In this document: one piece after another, positions 31,019 to 39,853 of the stretch | Layout: each line of letters opens with the position of its first letter | How positions within the stretch are numbered: position 1 is the stretch's first letter | Virus record (IMG/VR): IMGVR_UViG_3300033153_001906 | Span: 32,001-96,000 of that record | Strand: one strand, 5' to 3' | Length of the DNA stretch: 64,000 nt | From: a virus | The notes under the pieces: model-generated | Database searches by the model: none | What the model saw: only the letters and a program-made list of their open reading frames with translations | What the model was told of the DNA's origin: nothing | Translations under genes and position numbers: made by a program

Positions 31019-31575
31019 AAGTATCCTCTAAAGCTTAATTTGAATTCATTCGTTCTTGATCCATGTGAACACTCGATAACTCGACACTCACGACCAAAAG
31101 AACCATACGTTAAATCAAATTCAAATCTCTTAATTTCTACTGTAACACCAGCACCAAAATAATCTGACGTTGGCTCGTTCTCGTCGTTGAATGGTCGGCC
31201 TCTCGTAATATCGCTAACGTGAGTCCAAACAAGCAACGGCCTAATTGTCTCTGTGGTGAATGGGTAAATACGTATTGCTGCTACTGTTCCACTCTGCCAT
31301 TCATCCATTTTCCATTCTGGTTCTGCTGATACGCGCCACTGTGTCTTTTGTACGCCATGTGACAAATCAAATTCTACGTGTTTCCATTCAACTGTCAAAC
31401 CAACTTGTACTGTTTGTAACGCATCACCAGTTTGATCTGCGCCAACATACGCACCAAATTCTGCTGCATCTGCAGGCTTCATTATCAGGAAAAGGATTAC
31501 AACAAATGCGCACCCCATCGCGTATCCTACTGCTAGTCCTGATCCAAAAATTCTTTGTTCGCGTTTAGTCGTCAT
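31009..31575 (-). CDS. Putative outer-membrane beta-barrel protein
   Basis: Hydrophobic N-terminus ending ADA; alternating strands; THVSD; C-terminal LSFRGYF. Confidence 0.55.
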   Translation of the reverse strand: MTTKREQRIFGSGLAVGYAMGCAFVVILFLIMKPADAAEFGAYVGADQTGDALQTVQVGLTVEWKHVEFDLSHGVQKTQWRVSAEPEWKMDEWQSGTVAAIRIYPFTTETIRPLLVWTHVSDITRGRPFNDENEPTSDYFGAGVTVEIKRFEFDLTYGSFGRECRVIECSHGSRTNEFKLSFRGYFWK

Positions 31576-31961
31576 TGCTGTAGATGCCAGCTTGCAATGA
31601 AGCTACGACTTCCTCAAGCGAATTGAATCTCTGCTTGCGCTCAAAAAGAAGTGTTGCAGTTTCATCTAACTGCGTATCAAGATCACCATTCCCTGATCCA
31701 TCTTCGAATGTAAGAATTTTCAAAATTGTAGAATCTTCGTTGCTCATTTCAAGCTCCTTTCAATGTTGGGTATTTGCCAGTCGGCTCGATTTTCAACTCA
31801 CGACATTTGATGATTGCATTCTCAACTTCCAAAATATCCACGTTTGGATTTTTGAGTGCGTATTCATACGCGAGGGTTGAAATAAGATTCAACGATTCGT
31901 CTGTCGTGACGGCATCAGTAGCGCGCCTGCGATTTCCTGTATCTTCGATGTTTTCAGCCAT
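31565..31961 (-). CDS. Two small hypothetical genes (31565..31747, 31749..31961)
   Basis: SD-led ORFs behind promoter. Confidence 0.6.
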
Positions 31962-32036
31962 TTTTGGGTCCTTTTGCTGCTCAGTGAGGGCGTAGTACTG
32001 GTGGCCCTATATAGCGTAAATTTGTAGTATAGTGAT

Positions 32037-32064
32037 ATTATACAGGAATATTCAGGAAAGTCAA
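32037..32064 (-). promoter_or_regulatory. Sigma70-type promoter
   Basis: TTGACT-N16-TATAAT. Confidence 0.75.
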
Positions 32065-32082
32065 GCACTAAATACCTAAGGA

Positions 32083-32135
32083 AATCAACAGGTTGCGAGC
32101 TTTTTGATTCCTGTTCTTTTCGTAAGTCATTGATT
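32083..32135. promoter_or_regulatory. Inverted pair of IHF-consensus sites
   Basis: AATCAACAGGTTG 32083..32095 and inverted AATCAATGACTTA 32123..32135. Confidence 0.6.
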
Positions 32136-32152
32136 TTTGAAAATAACGCCTT

Positions 32153-33127
32153 TTAGAACTCAAACTCGTCCTGGCATATGAGTACTTTGCGCACAGGATC
32201 CCACTCAGAATCATCATCGTATTTCTTTGCCATTTCGTCTGCTACTTCTGTTGTGATCTTAGCCAAAAACTGATGGCCGTCAGTATCAACGTCTTGTGAA
32301 GTGTTTGGCTGTGGCGTGAATGCTTTGCGCGACTCCATCATAAACCTATAGAGTATCGCGTACTTTGAAAACTCAGCAAGGAAGTCAGTCAACTGTTCAT
32401 CTTGGTTTGCTTCTGCCATTGATTTGATCTTTTCACCAATAGACTTGTGAAACGGCTGTTGCTGTGACTCTTTACTGTGAGCATAAATCCAGCGTACCAC
32501 TGTGTTCGTATCTTTCATATCTGAATCGGGAACAGGATGAAACATGAGGGTGTGACTGACTCCGCCCATTACTTTTGCTTCTTCTTCTGCCTTCTTGTAA
32601 TATGCTTTGAAAGTTTTGATTGCTTCTGGAATGCAGTCTAAGAAGTATTGGTAGTTGATTTTCTCATAGATGAATGATTCATGTTCATCTTTTGCATAAA
32701 ACGTTTCTTGCCATGAGAAATCTTCCATGATGCGATCAAGAATGTCTTTGCGGATGAACCCAAGTCTAGCGTGATTGTCAGAATTTTCCATGCCCATGAG
32801 ACTTGCTCTGAATGTTTTGACATCATGGAATTTTAGTTCTTCCCGCGCGATCTTTTCAACGAATTGATCAGGTTTCAGATCATCACCAATTGGGGTTTTG
32901 TATTTGCGAAATTCGTCTGCGGTAAAGTGAAGTCCTAGTCCGTGGCATTCTTCGCTAGTACCATACTCATTGTACTCACCGTAGAACATGATAGGAGAAA
33001 CATAAAACAAAGAATTTGGCTTGTACCATTCACCATCTTCATTTCTTGTTACAACTGTCATGGCGACTTCATCGCCGCCCGTAACTGGCAGATTCGATAC
33101 AATGCACGTTTCATTCCAGCAACCCAT
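32153..33127 (-). CDS. Conserved phage hypothetical protein
   Basis: MGCWNETC..GEYNEYG; 324 aa. Confidence 0.75.
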   Translation of the reverse strand: MGCWNETCIVSNLPVTGGDEVAMTVVTRNEDGEWYKPNSLFYVSPIMFYGEYNEYGTSEECHGLGLHFTADEFRKYKTPIGDDLKPDQFVEKIAREELKFHDVKTFRASLMGMENSDNHARLGFIRKDILDRIMEDFSWQETFYAKDEHESFIYEKINYQYFLDCIPEAIKTFKAYYKKAEEEAKVMGGVSHTLMFHPVPDSDMKDTNTVVRWIYAHSKESQQQPFHKSIGEKIKSMAEANQDEQLTDFLAEFSKYAILYRFMMESRKAFTPQPNTSQDVDTDGHQFLAKITTEVADEMAKKYDDDSEWDPVRKVLICQDEFEF

Positions 33128-33154
33128 AGTCTTAATCCTGTACGCTAAAACAAT

Positions 33155-33184
33155 ATTTTAGCATACATTTGGGCCGCGTGTCAA
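33155..33184 (-). promoter_or_regulatory. Sigma70-type promoter
   Basis: TTGACA-N18-TAAAAT. Confidence 0.55.
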
Positions 33185-33197
33185 CAACTAAATGTTG

Positions 33198-33491
33198 TTA
33201 ATAAACATGCAGTTGCAGATTCCCCTCAATAAAAGCTTGTAGTTGCTTTGGAAAGTTCTCGTCAAGCTCGCTTCCTGTCTTTAATTTATGCACAAAATAT
33301 TCTTTCTGGTCAAAGTCAACTATTATCTTGACCAGTGGTTGGCCGTTGATTTCAAAGTATCCACCATCTGAGGAAGGCACTTTCAATATCGTAGGTTCTA
33401 GCTCAAATGTAACGTCTTTTAGAATTTCAGGAAGTCTAAGATTCAGTTCATCCACGCATGTTGGTTTCCACTGTACCAAATACTCTTTCAT
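33198..33491 (-). CDS. Small hypothetical protein with KxxFxxKLK motif
   Basis: KEYFVHKLKTG. Confidence 0.65.
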   Translation of the reverse strand: MKEYLVQWKPTCVDELNLRLPEILKDVTFELEPTILKVPSSDGGYFEINGQPLVKIIVDFDQKEYFVHKLKTGSELDENFPKQLQAFIEGNLQLHVY

Positions 33492-33886
33492 TAAATGTCA
33501 CCAACTTTCCTGTTTTCTGACTTTTCGATGGAGAACTTGCCACCTGGGTAGCGAGACTCAAGCTTCGCAACATTTTGTGCAATCACTTCTTCGGGATCAA
33601 TTTCAAGTGCGATACATGCTTGTATCCAGTACCATTCAATATCGCCGAGTTCTTTGATTAGGTGTGCGCGAATCTCAGGGGTGTAGTCTTTACCGTGATA
33701 TTTGAGTTTCTTGATAAGATCAGCGGACTCACCAGATTCACTTGCTAGTCCAGTGAATGCTGTATCTAGCCGTGCAAAATTGCATCCTTGCGTTTCAAGC
33801 TTACGGACTTGTTTGATAAATTCTTCGGTGTCTTTGCTGGCTGCGGACGTAACTCCGTCCACGAACTTCGTGTATTTGTCTAGCAT
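33491..33886 (-). CDS. MazG-like NTP pyrophosphohydrolase
   Basis: GLASESGE..KELGDIEWY..NVAKLESRYP. Confidence 0.9.
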   Translation of the reverse strand: MLDKYTKFVDGVTSAASKDTEEFIKQVRKLETQGCNFARLDTAFTGLASESGESADLIKKLKYHGKDYTPEIRAHLIKELGDIEWYWIQACIALEIDPEEVIAQNVAKLESRYPGGKFSIEKSENRKVGDI

Positions 33887-33905
33887 TTCTGCTCCTTTAC
33901 GTGTG

Positions 33906-34585
33906 TTATTTGTGTTTGTTTAGTGTTTCGTAATATTTGAGTGCAAAAAACCAAAGTGCAACATTGAATGTAATTATAGTAAAGCTAACTGAAAAGATTC
34001 TACCAGCATTGCTCACAAATACATCAAAGAGACTTCCAAATAGACATAGCTCTATTATCGTAACCAGTACGAAAAATGCTATAGCAATTATTTTGCATTT
34101 CTTTTCTCTGTTTGGTGTCATATTTTCTTCTTGAGCAAGCGAGCTATGAAGTCTAGTTCCTTGCCTCTACTGTCTATGTATTGTTCTGCTGCTTTTTTGA
34201 ATTTTACTACGTGACTGCCTGTTATTTGTGTGGCTATTGTCTCCGTACTATCTTCTCTGTATTTAGCGGCAGACTTTATATTTACTTTGATTATCACGCC
34301 ATTACCATCGCTACGCATCACGATACACATATTCTTTTTATCATTTATGAGTGATGCATCTTTCATTTCTGACATATTGTATGCAACTGGTGTCCACTCG
34401 TATGTGTTGTCGCGTATGTCAACCAGAATTTTATCTAATAGTTTTATTTCTTGTTGTCTGTGTTTCTTGGCATGTGCGGACAGTTTTGGTCCGACTTTTA
34501 AACGATAATATACGTAACCAAGAAGGGCCACTGATACAAATATACTAAGTATTTGCATCCATTCTATATCAACCCATTCGAACAT
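33906..34585 (-). CDS. Two membrane proteins (33906..34121, 34118..34585)
   Basis: Hydrophobic helices. Confidence 0.6.
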
Positions 34586-35018
34586 TTCGTGGTTTCTCTA
34601 TCTTTTGATTTTGTAGTTGTAGAAAATAATCGTGCATTCTGTCAGTATCAACTATACCCCAATCTACATGGCTTCTTCCGCCCAAGTGAGTTGAGCCAGC
34701 AACTAATGCTGTTCCTTCAACCAGTGCATCATCAGTAACGTGGGATTTATCATCCAATATTGCTTTATCTTTTACGACTGCAAACCCACTGGCACACGTA
34801 GAGCCTAACAGTGTTGCTTCACCTAGTACTTGTGCATATTCAAACACCTCTGCACTAGGACTAATGTAACATTTCTCAGCAACTACAGCAGATTCAGCAA
34901 CCCATCCACCAATAGTACCATCGGGATTGATATGTGGCATTGCATATGTTTCTACTCCATTGTGAAACTTATGCTTCCCATATTTCAATCTGTTCAAAAA
35001 TGTTCCCTTCGTACTCAT
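34569..35018 (-). CDS. Left-handed beta-helix (hexapeptide repeat) protein
   Basis: GGWVAESAVV..AEVFEYAQVLGEA repeats; N-terminal KGTFLNRLKYG. Confidence 0.75.
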   Translation of the reverse strand: MSTKGTFLNRLKYGKHKFHNGVETYAMPHINPDGTIGGWVAESAVVAEKCYISPSAEVFEYAQVLGEATLLGSTCASGFAVVKDKAILDDKSHVTDDALVEGTALVAGSTHLGGRSHVDWGIVDTDRMHDYFLQLQNQKIEKPRNVRMG

Positions 35019-35251
35019 ATGCCGCCTGTCGTAAGTTGAAATTTCAAAGACTCTTTAGGATCTTCAAAATCAAATGCTACCCAGCCTATTCCGTTTATTC
35101 TATTATCGTCAGTGGTGTTGAGATAATAACTATTCCAGCCTTTCTTAATATGTGCATAGCACCAAGTACGAAGATCGCACAGCTCCTCAAATGCTGTGCG
35201 ATCTTGAACTATTACCGAATCATGTACTTGTATTAAGACTGTTGTAGTCAT
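35015..35251 (-). CDS. Small hypothetical protein
   Basis: WC..W..FDFEDPKESLKFQL pattern. Confidence 0.6.
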   Translation of the reverse strand: MTTTVLIQVHDSVIVQDRTAFEELCDLRTWCYAHIKKGWNSYYLNTTDDNRINGIGWVAFDFEDPKESLKFQLTTGGI

Positions 35252-35857
35252 TTAATCGTTCCGAGAAGTAACCACCTTGTCAGCAAAGCCTAGCTCTACT
35301 GCTTCGTGTGCAGATAAAAAGCGATCACGCTCAAGCATTTCCGCAATTTTATCTTTGGTCAGGCTTGCTGAGTTGTGTCGCTCGTATAAACTATTTAGTC
35401 TGTCTTTAAGTTCCAGAACGTGGTTTGCATGAATCTCAATGTCTGTTGCTTGACCAGAGTATCCTGCACTTGGTTGGTGAACCATTGTCTCAGCATTCTC
35501 AAGGATAAAACGGTTTCCAGCTTCACCAGCATTGGCAATGAATGAACCCATTGATGCTGCCTGTCCCATAACCATTGTGTGGATAGGGCAAGAAACAAAC
35601 TGCATTGAGTCATATACTGCGAGACCCGCTGTAACACTACCACCTGGGCTATGAATGTACATATTGATTTCTTTGTCAGGGTTCTCTGACTCCAAGAATA
35701 GTAGCTGTGCTACCACAATATCTGCCATTTCTGGTGTTACTACCCCACGAAAGAACACGATTCGATCTTTCATCAACCTACTAAACAGATCAAATGCTCG
35801 TTCGCCCCGTGATGTTGACTCAATTACTGTTGGAATTAAATAATTACTAGCTGTCAT
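35252..35857 (-). CDS. clpP: ATP-dependent Clp protease proteolytic subunit
   Basis: [38 protein letters not shown]; start MTASNYLIP with AAGGA SD. Confidence 0.95.
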   Translation of the reverse strand: MTASNYLIPTVIESTSRGERAFDLFSRLMKDRIVFFRGVVTPEMADIVVAQLLFLESENPDKEINMYIHSPGGSVTAGLAVYDSMQFVSCPIHTMVMGQAASMGSFIANAGEAGNRFILENAETMVHQPSAGYSGQATDIEIHANHVLELKDRLNSLYERHNSASLTKDKIAEMLERDRFLSAHEAVELGFADKVVTSRND

Positions 35858-35872
35858 GTTGTTTCCTTTTTT

Positions 35873-35880
35873 GATAAATA
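35873..35880 (+). promoter_or_regulatory. Late promoter (leaderless)
   Basis: GATAAATA 5 nt before ATG 35886. Confidence 0.7.
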
Positions 35881-35885
35881 CTATT

Positions 35886-36212
35886 ATGAAAATTAGAGAA
35901 ATTATTACAGAAGATGTGGATATGAGTTGGTGGCAAGATAAAGATGCTGAATTCAATCCCGAAGCCTTGAAACAAATTCGCAAGCAAGAAAAACGCTCGG
36001 AGATGTTTAAGGACAATGGTACGCAAGTATTCACCAAGCCTGTTCGTTCACCTGAAAATAATTTCTCTAATATTCCTCCTGAAGATGCTGCACCAAGCGC
36101 AGGCTATGTTGGCAATGTCGAAGTTCGTACTCGCGCAAAACATATTTCGCCTGAGTACGCTGAAAAACTAGCGTCTATGCCTCTCCCAAGACCTCCTCAA
36201 TTGCCAAGGTAA
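35886..36212 (+). CDS. Tagged hypothetical late protein
   Basis: MKIREIITE leader. Confidence 0.7.
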   Translation: MKIREIITEDVDMSWWQDKDAEFNPEALKQIRKQEKRSEMFKDNGTQVFTKPVRSPENNFSNIPPEDAAPSAGYVGNVEVRTRAKHISPEYAEKLASMPLPRPPQLPR

Positions 36213-36978
36213 CTGAAGCAGCAAAATCTCTATCGTATGCTGAATCTTCCTCGTTAAGTGAGTTGAAGTTGTCCATAGCCCACATCCAATAATCATTGGG
36301 TACTTCTGTTAATTTCTTACCTTTGTGTTTCCCAAATGGCATGATTGTAATGATAACTGGTTTATTCAACCAATCTGTAATTTGATCACCGAGATCCTGC
36401 GTTGCATCCAGTTGGCCCGCAGCAATCGCATCTTCAACCAATCGAACAAAAAGTAATGTTGTAACCAGTACGTCTGCGTCTGCTAAGTGAGCAGGGACAT
36501 CATCTGGAATTGGCAGATCAAGCGCGTAGCGCAAGAATGATAGGTTGTGTTTTGTGATGTTCACATCATCTTTGTAAAGTTTCTTGGCGAATCGCATTGT
36601 GCAAATAGTTTGAGGAAATTTAACTCCCTGTACCTTGAATATGCCTTCGTCGTAATACGAGTTGTGCGCCACCATGTAGCGATGCGCATTGATATTTTCC
36701 TCAATCTCACTCGCCTTCTCTGCAAACTTTGGTGAACCAGCTACCATCCTGCCTGTGATGGTTGTGATTGACGATGTTTCTGGTGTGATTGGGGTTTCTG
36801 TTGTAAAAAACTGCGCTGGTACTGCACCCTTGTGTCCGTTTTCTGCATATCGCTCTAGGATGTTGATAACGCTGTCGCCCGCGTACTGTATGACTTCCGC
36901 TTCTTTAAAATCGAGTGACGTAGTTTCTGTATCTATTACGATACATTCCGTCAATAATTGTTCTACTGGATTGCTCAT
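36175..36978 (-). CDS. DnaQ-family 3'-5' exonuclease, ExoX-like
   Basis: IDTETT, VAHN, HLADAD, C-terminal MPFGKHKG..VP.DY..W. Confidence 0.9.
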   Translation of the reverse strand: MSNPVEQLLTECIVIDTETTSLDFKEAEVIQYAGDSVINILERYAENGHKGAVPAQFFTTETPITPETSSITTITGRMVAGSPKFAEKASEIEENINAHRYMVAHNSYYDEGIFKVQGVKFPQTICTMRFAKKLYKDDVNITKHNLSFLRYALDLPIPDDVPAHLADADVLVTTLLFVRLVEDAIAAGQLDATQDLGDQITDWLNKPVIITIMPFGKHKGKKLTEVPNDYWMWAMDNFNSLNEEDSAYDRDFAASVTLAIEEVLGEA

Positions 36979-37001
36979 TATTTTTGTTCTCCTGTCTAGA
37001 C

Positions 37002-37030
37002 ATTATAGCGCATCTAAATGCATTTGTCAA
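37002..37030 (-). promoter_or_regulatory. Sigma70-type promoter abutting divergent late promoter
   Basis: TTGACA-N17-TATAAT. Confidence 0.8.
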
Positions 37031-37038
37031 GATAAATA
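37031..37038 (+). promoter_or_regulatory. Late promoter (leaderless)
   Basis: GATAAATA 5 nt before ATG 37044. Confidence 0.7.
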
Positions 37039-37043
37039 GTAGT

Positions 37044-37613
37044 ATGAGAGCAATTGAATTATTAAAAGAGGAAAGCGGAAACGTTTGGTCTGTGACACTG
37101 AAAGATAAGTGGACAGACCCAGGCGATCCATCAGAATATCGAGAAGATGTTCAGAATTGGGAATACGATGTGCGCTATAACGGAAAAGTTGTTGGTAGCT
37201 TAACGTATGACACGTTCTTTGGGAACATGCTTGGAGACTTTGGTGCGCGCACAATCGAAATTGGGCGATATGCAGATCCTAGTTTGAATCCAATTGTTGA
37301 TGATGATGAACAGATGGAAGCGTATGTTCTTTCCTCTATTGGTAATTACTTCAATTCAAAGACGGGCAATCGCCACTTTGAGGTAATGACTCGCCAGCAA
37401 GGATTAGAAAAAGAGGAACTAGAAGAAATTAAAGTTACCAAGACTCTAGCTGGCAAGCGTACTAGACCTACTCAAGACCTTGCATCAAAAGAAAAGATGT
37501 CTCGTTCAAAGAAATATCGTGATGGTAGCGAAAAGAAAGATGCATCAACTCCTATGAACAGAAATGTTCACGACCTCGCTAATATTACGCTGAAGGGCGA
37601 ATATCGCTCTTAA
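37044..37613 (+). CDS. Tagged hypothetical late protein
   Basis: MRAIELLKEE leader; LEE junction before basic tail. Confidence 0.7.
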   Translation: MRAIELLKEESGNVWSVTLKDKWTDPGDPSEYREDVQNWEYDVRYNGKVVGSLTYDTFFGNMLGDFGARTIEIGRYADPSLNPIVDDDEQMEAYVLSSIGNYFNSKTGNRHFEVMTRQQGLEKEELEEIKVTKTLAGKRTRPTQDLASKEKMSRSKKYRDGSEKKDASTPMNRNVHDLANITLKGEYRS

Positions 37614-37786
37614 TACTCACCAGAGTTCTTAAACCACTTCTCACCTTTCAACTGAAAGTTTGCGCTAACGATGATTCGTTTGGCGGCGTTCTTGCATTCT
37701 GTGCATTCGGTAAGTGGTTCGTCGGTAATTCGTTGGACTGCTTCAAAGCGATGTCCGTCTTTGCATTCGTATGTGTATGTTGGCAT
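37610..37786 (-). CDS. FmdB-family zinc-ribbon protein
   Basis: MPTYTYECKDGHRFE..CTEC..FQLKGEKW. Confidence 0.85.
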   Translation of the reverse strand: MPTYTYECKDGHRFEAVQRITDEPLTECTECKNAAKRIIVSANFQLKGEKWFKNSGEY

Positions 37787-37787
37787 T

Positions 37788-39205
37788 TTATCCCTTGAGT
37801 TTAAATGTGATGCGACCCTTTGGTCTGTCTGTGCTGTAAAAGTTTGTGTTAGCATCGAATACAATTTTGCCTTCGAATGTTGCGGGGAATACTACTCTGA
37901 ACACTGTAAATGCTAGTGCGTCCCCTTTCTTTTGTGTGATTGCGTATACTTGACACATTGCGCTCTGTGCCAGTACTGCGCGGAATACTTCTGTTGGATT
38001 TAAGTCATTCAAGTAATTTGATACTTTTCTAGCGAGTGACGCGAGTATTCTGTAACCCAAGTTATAGTTGGGGTGGTTGATCGTCTTCTCGACATTCTCT
38101 TTGTTTGGATAAAATTTCACAAGCTTTTTCAATCTGCCTGTAAGCCCCTTGGTATCGTTGTCGAACTCTTTGATTAGGTAGTTGATGATTTTAATGTCTG
38201 CATCACTAACGAAACCATACAGCTTGCCAGTCTTGAACACACCATCAACAGCAGAATTCTTTGACAATAAATTAATTCCGTGAATCAATTCTTCATTATC
38301 TGCTAAGAATCCATCTTCGAATTTGTCAGATTTCTCATCTAGAATACGTGCAACAGAAGCAAGACTTGCACTTGCACCACCACCTCGTGCTTTAGAACTA
38401 ATCGCTACTCGCGCATTACGTTCTTCATTAAGAAGGTACGAATCAACTAGTGCTTGTGTTACGCTTGTTGGGAATTGTACTAGTGTCATGTCTGACCAAT
38501 CAGCGCCCTGTGGTGCTAGTACTTGTGTCTCTACATCATCATAAGCACCTTCGATGAAATTACCTGTTAACATTGCAATGGCAGCAGCATATTCGCCCAC
38601 ATATTTCTCAATGACCGAGCGATATTGGTCTGCACCAGAGACATACGTTACTTCGCCGCGCGCGGAACAATCAGCTTAAGGTCTTCTGGTAGTGATTCTG
38701 GAAGTTCTTTATTAATGATAGTAAGCAATTCAGGAACTGTCATTGGCTCACTTGTGAATAGGTCAGAAGGTTTCAGTGCAATATTTTCAGATTGGCTCAC
38801 TGTACTCTGTGACGAGTAGCCAGTTTCTTTTGCAAATTGGGTGTTCGACCAGTTAATTCCTAGTGCGCCAGGGCGAATGCCATTCGCATAGCGGCCCCAC
38901 GCAACATACTCTTCGCCTTTTCTCCAAACACTAACAGCAGCAGCCTTTGCTGGTGCGTTAACCATATCAAAATTCTCAGGGGAGATACTACTATTTTCTA
39001 GCCATTCCATTACCGCAGCAACAGACTTGTCTCTGCCCTTTACTGGCACATCGACTTCACCCTTAACATCATCTTCGTACTTGCCACCACCATCGGGGAA
39101 GTAGATAATGTCATAGAGTTCAATCTCTTCGCCTTGGTCATTAGCAAAGACAGCGCCTTCGCCGTCGTTTACGATAGTTTCTCTTGCTGCAATTCCTCTA
39201 GCCAT
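37788..39205 (-). pseudogene. Probable single gene split by a frameshift near 38660 (ORFs 38648..39205 and 37788..38675)
   Basis: Downstream frame open to 38675, overlaps upstream ORF end, lacks a good start or SD. Confidence 0.5.
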
Positions 39206-39208
39206 TTA

Positions 39209-39718
39209 TTATCTATTCCACCAGCGTTTCTTTTTGAGTTCTGGATGTTCGACGTTAAGCACAATGTAATCGCCATCGTCGCTTAGTGTCGCAGGAACAT
39301 CTGATAGGTCAGCTTTTGCTAGTACATCGTGAATTAGCCGTTTGTTTACTCTTTCACCAACATCAGCACCGATAGCAAAAGCATCGTAAACATATTCGAG
39401 GCCTTCGCCATAAGGGTCGTCGGTATTGTCTACTGCATCGTTGTAAGCATCTTGCGCCTTGAAAGCAATTTCATTCACAAGCTCATTGTAGCCTTCAGTT
39501 GTAACATCTATCTGCTCTTGCCTAGTAAAATCTCGCTGTCTGGGATTATCACGATTGTAGTTTGCATTATCATATACCCAAATTGTTTTAGCAAAAACTG
39601 CCTTGCCACTTACTTTAACGTCATCGTGTTGTACAGACGTAACAATGTTCTTAAAACCTAGCTGTGAATCTTCGTATAGAGCTTCAACAGTCTCCATTAG
39701 TTTTCTCATTTCATTCAT
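39209..39718 (-). CDS. Putative head-internal protein with MNEMRKLME leader
   Basis: MNEMRKLMETVEALYE. Confidence 0.7.
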   Translation of the reverse strand: MNEMRKLMETVEALYEDSQLGFKNIVTSVQHDDVKVSGKAVFAKTIWVYDNANYNRDNPRQRDFTRQEQIDVTTEGYNELVNEIAFKAQDAYNDAVDNTDDPYGEGLEYVYDAFAIGADVGERVNKRLIHDVLAKADLSDVPATLSDDGDYIVLNVEHPELKKKRWWNR

Positions 39719-39853
39719 TAGTCAAACCTCAGTCCTAGTTCTTCATCTTTGATTTCTGGATCAATCGTGTCATTTTCGTAATCACTCATTGGCATATCTT
39801 TTGCGCCATGCGCTTTCATAATATCAGATTTGCCGCGAGCAATTGGCCCTAGA

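Noticed and set aside
25923-33127. QMGLF (26300 gene) and QDEFEF (32153 gene) as sliding-clamp motifs
   Set aside because: Single weak matches in proteins with no replication link; the start codon of the first is uncertain
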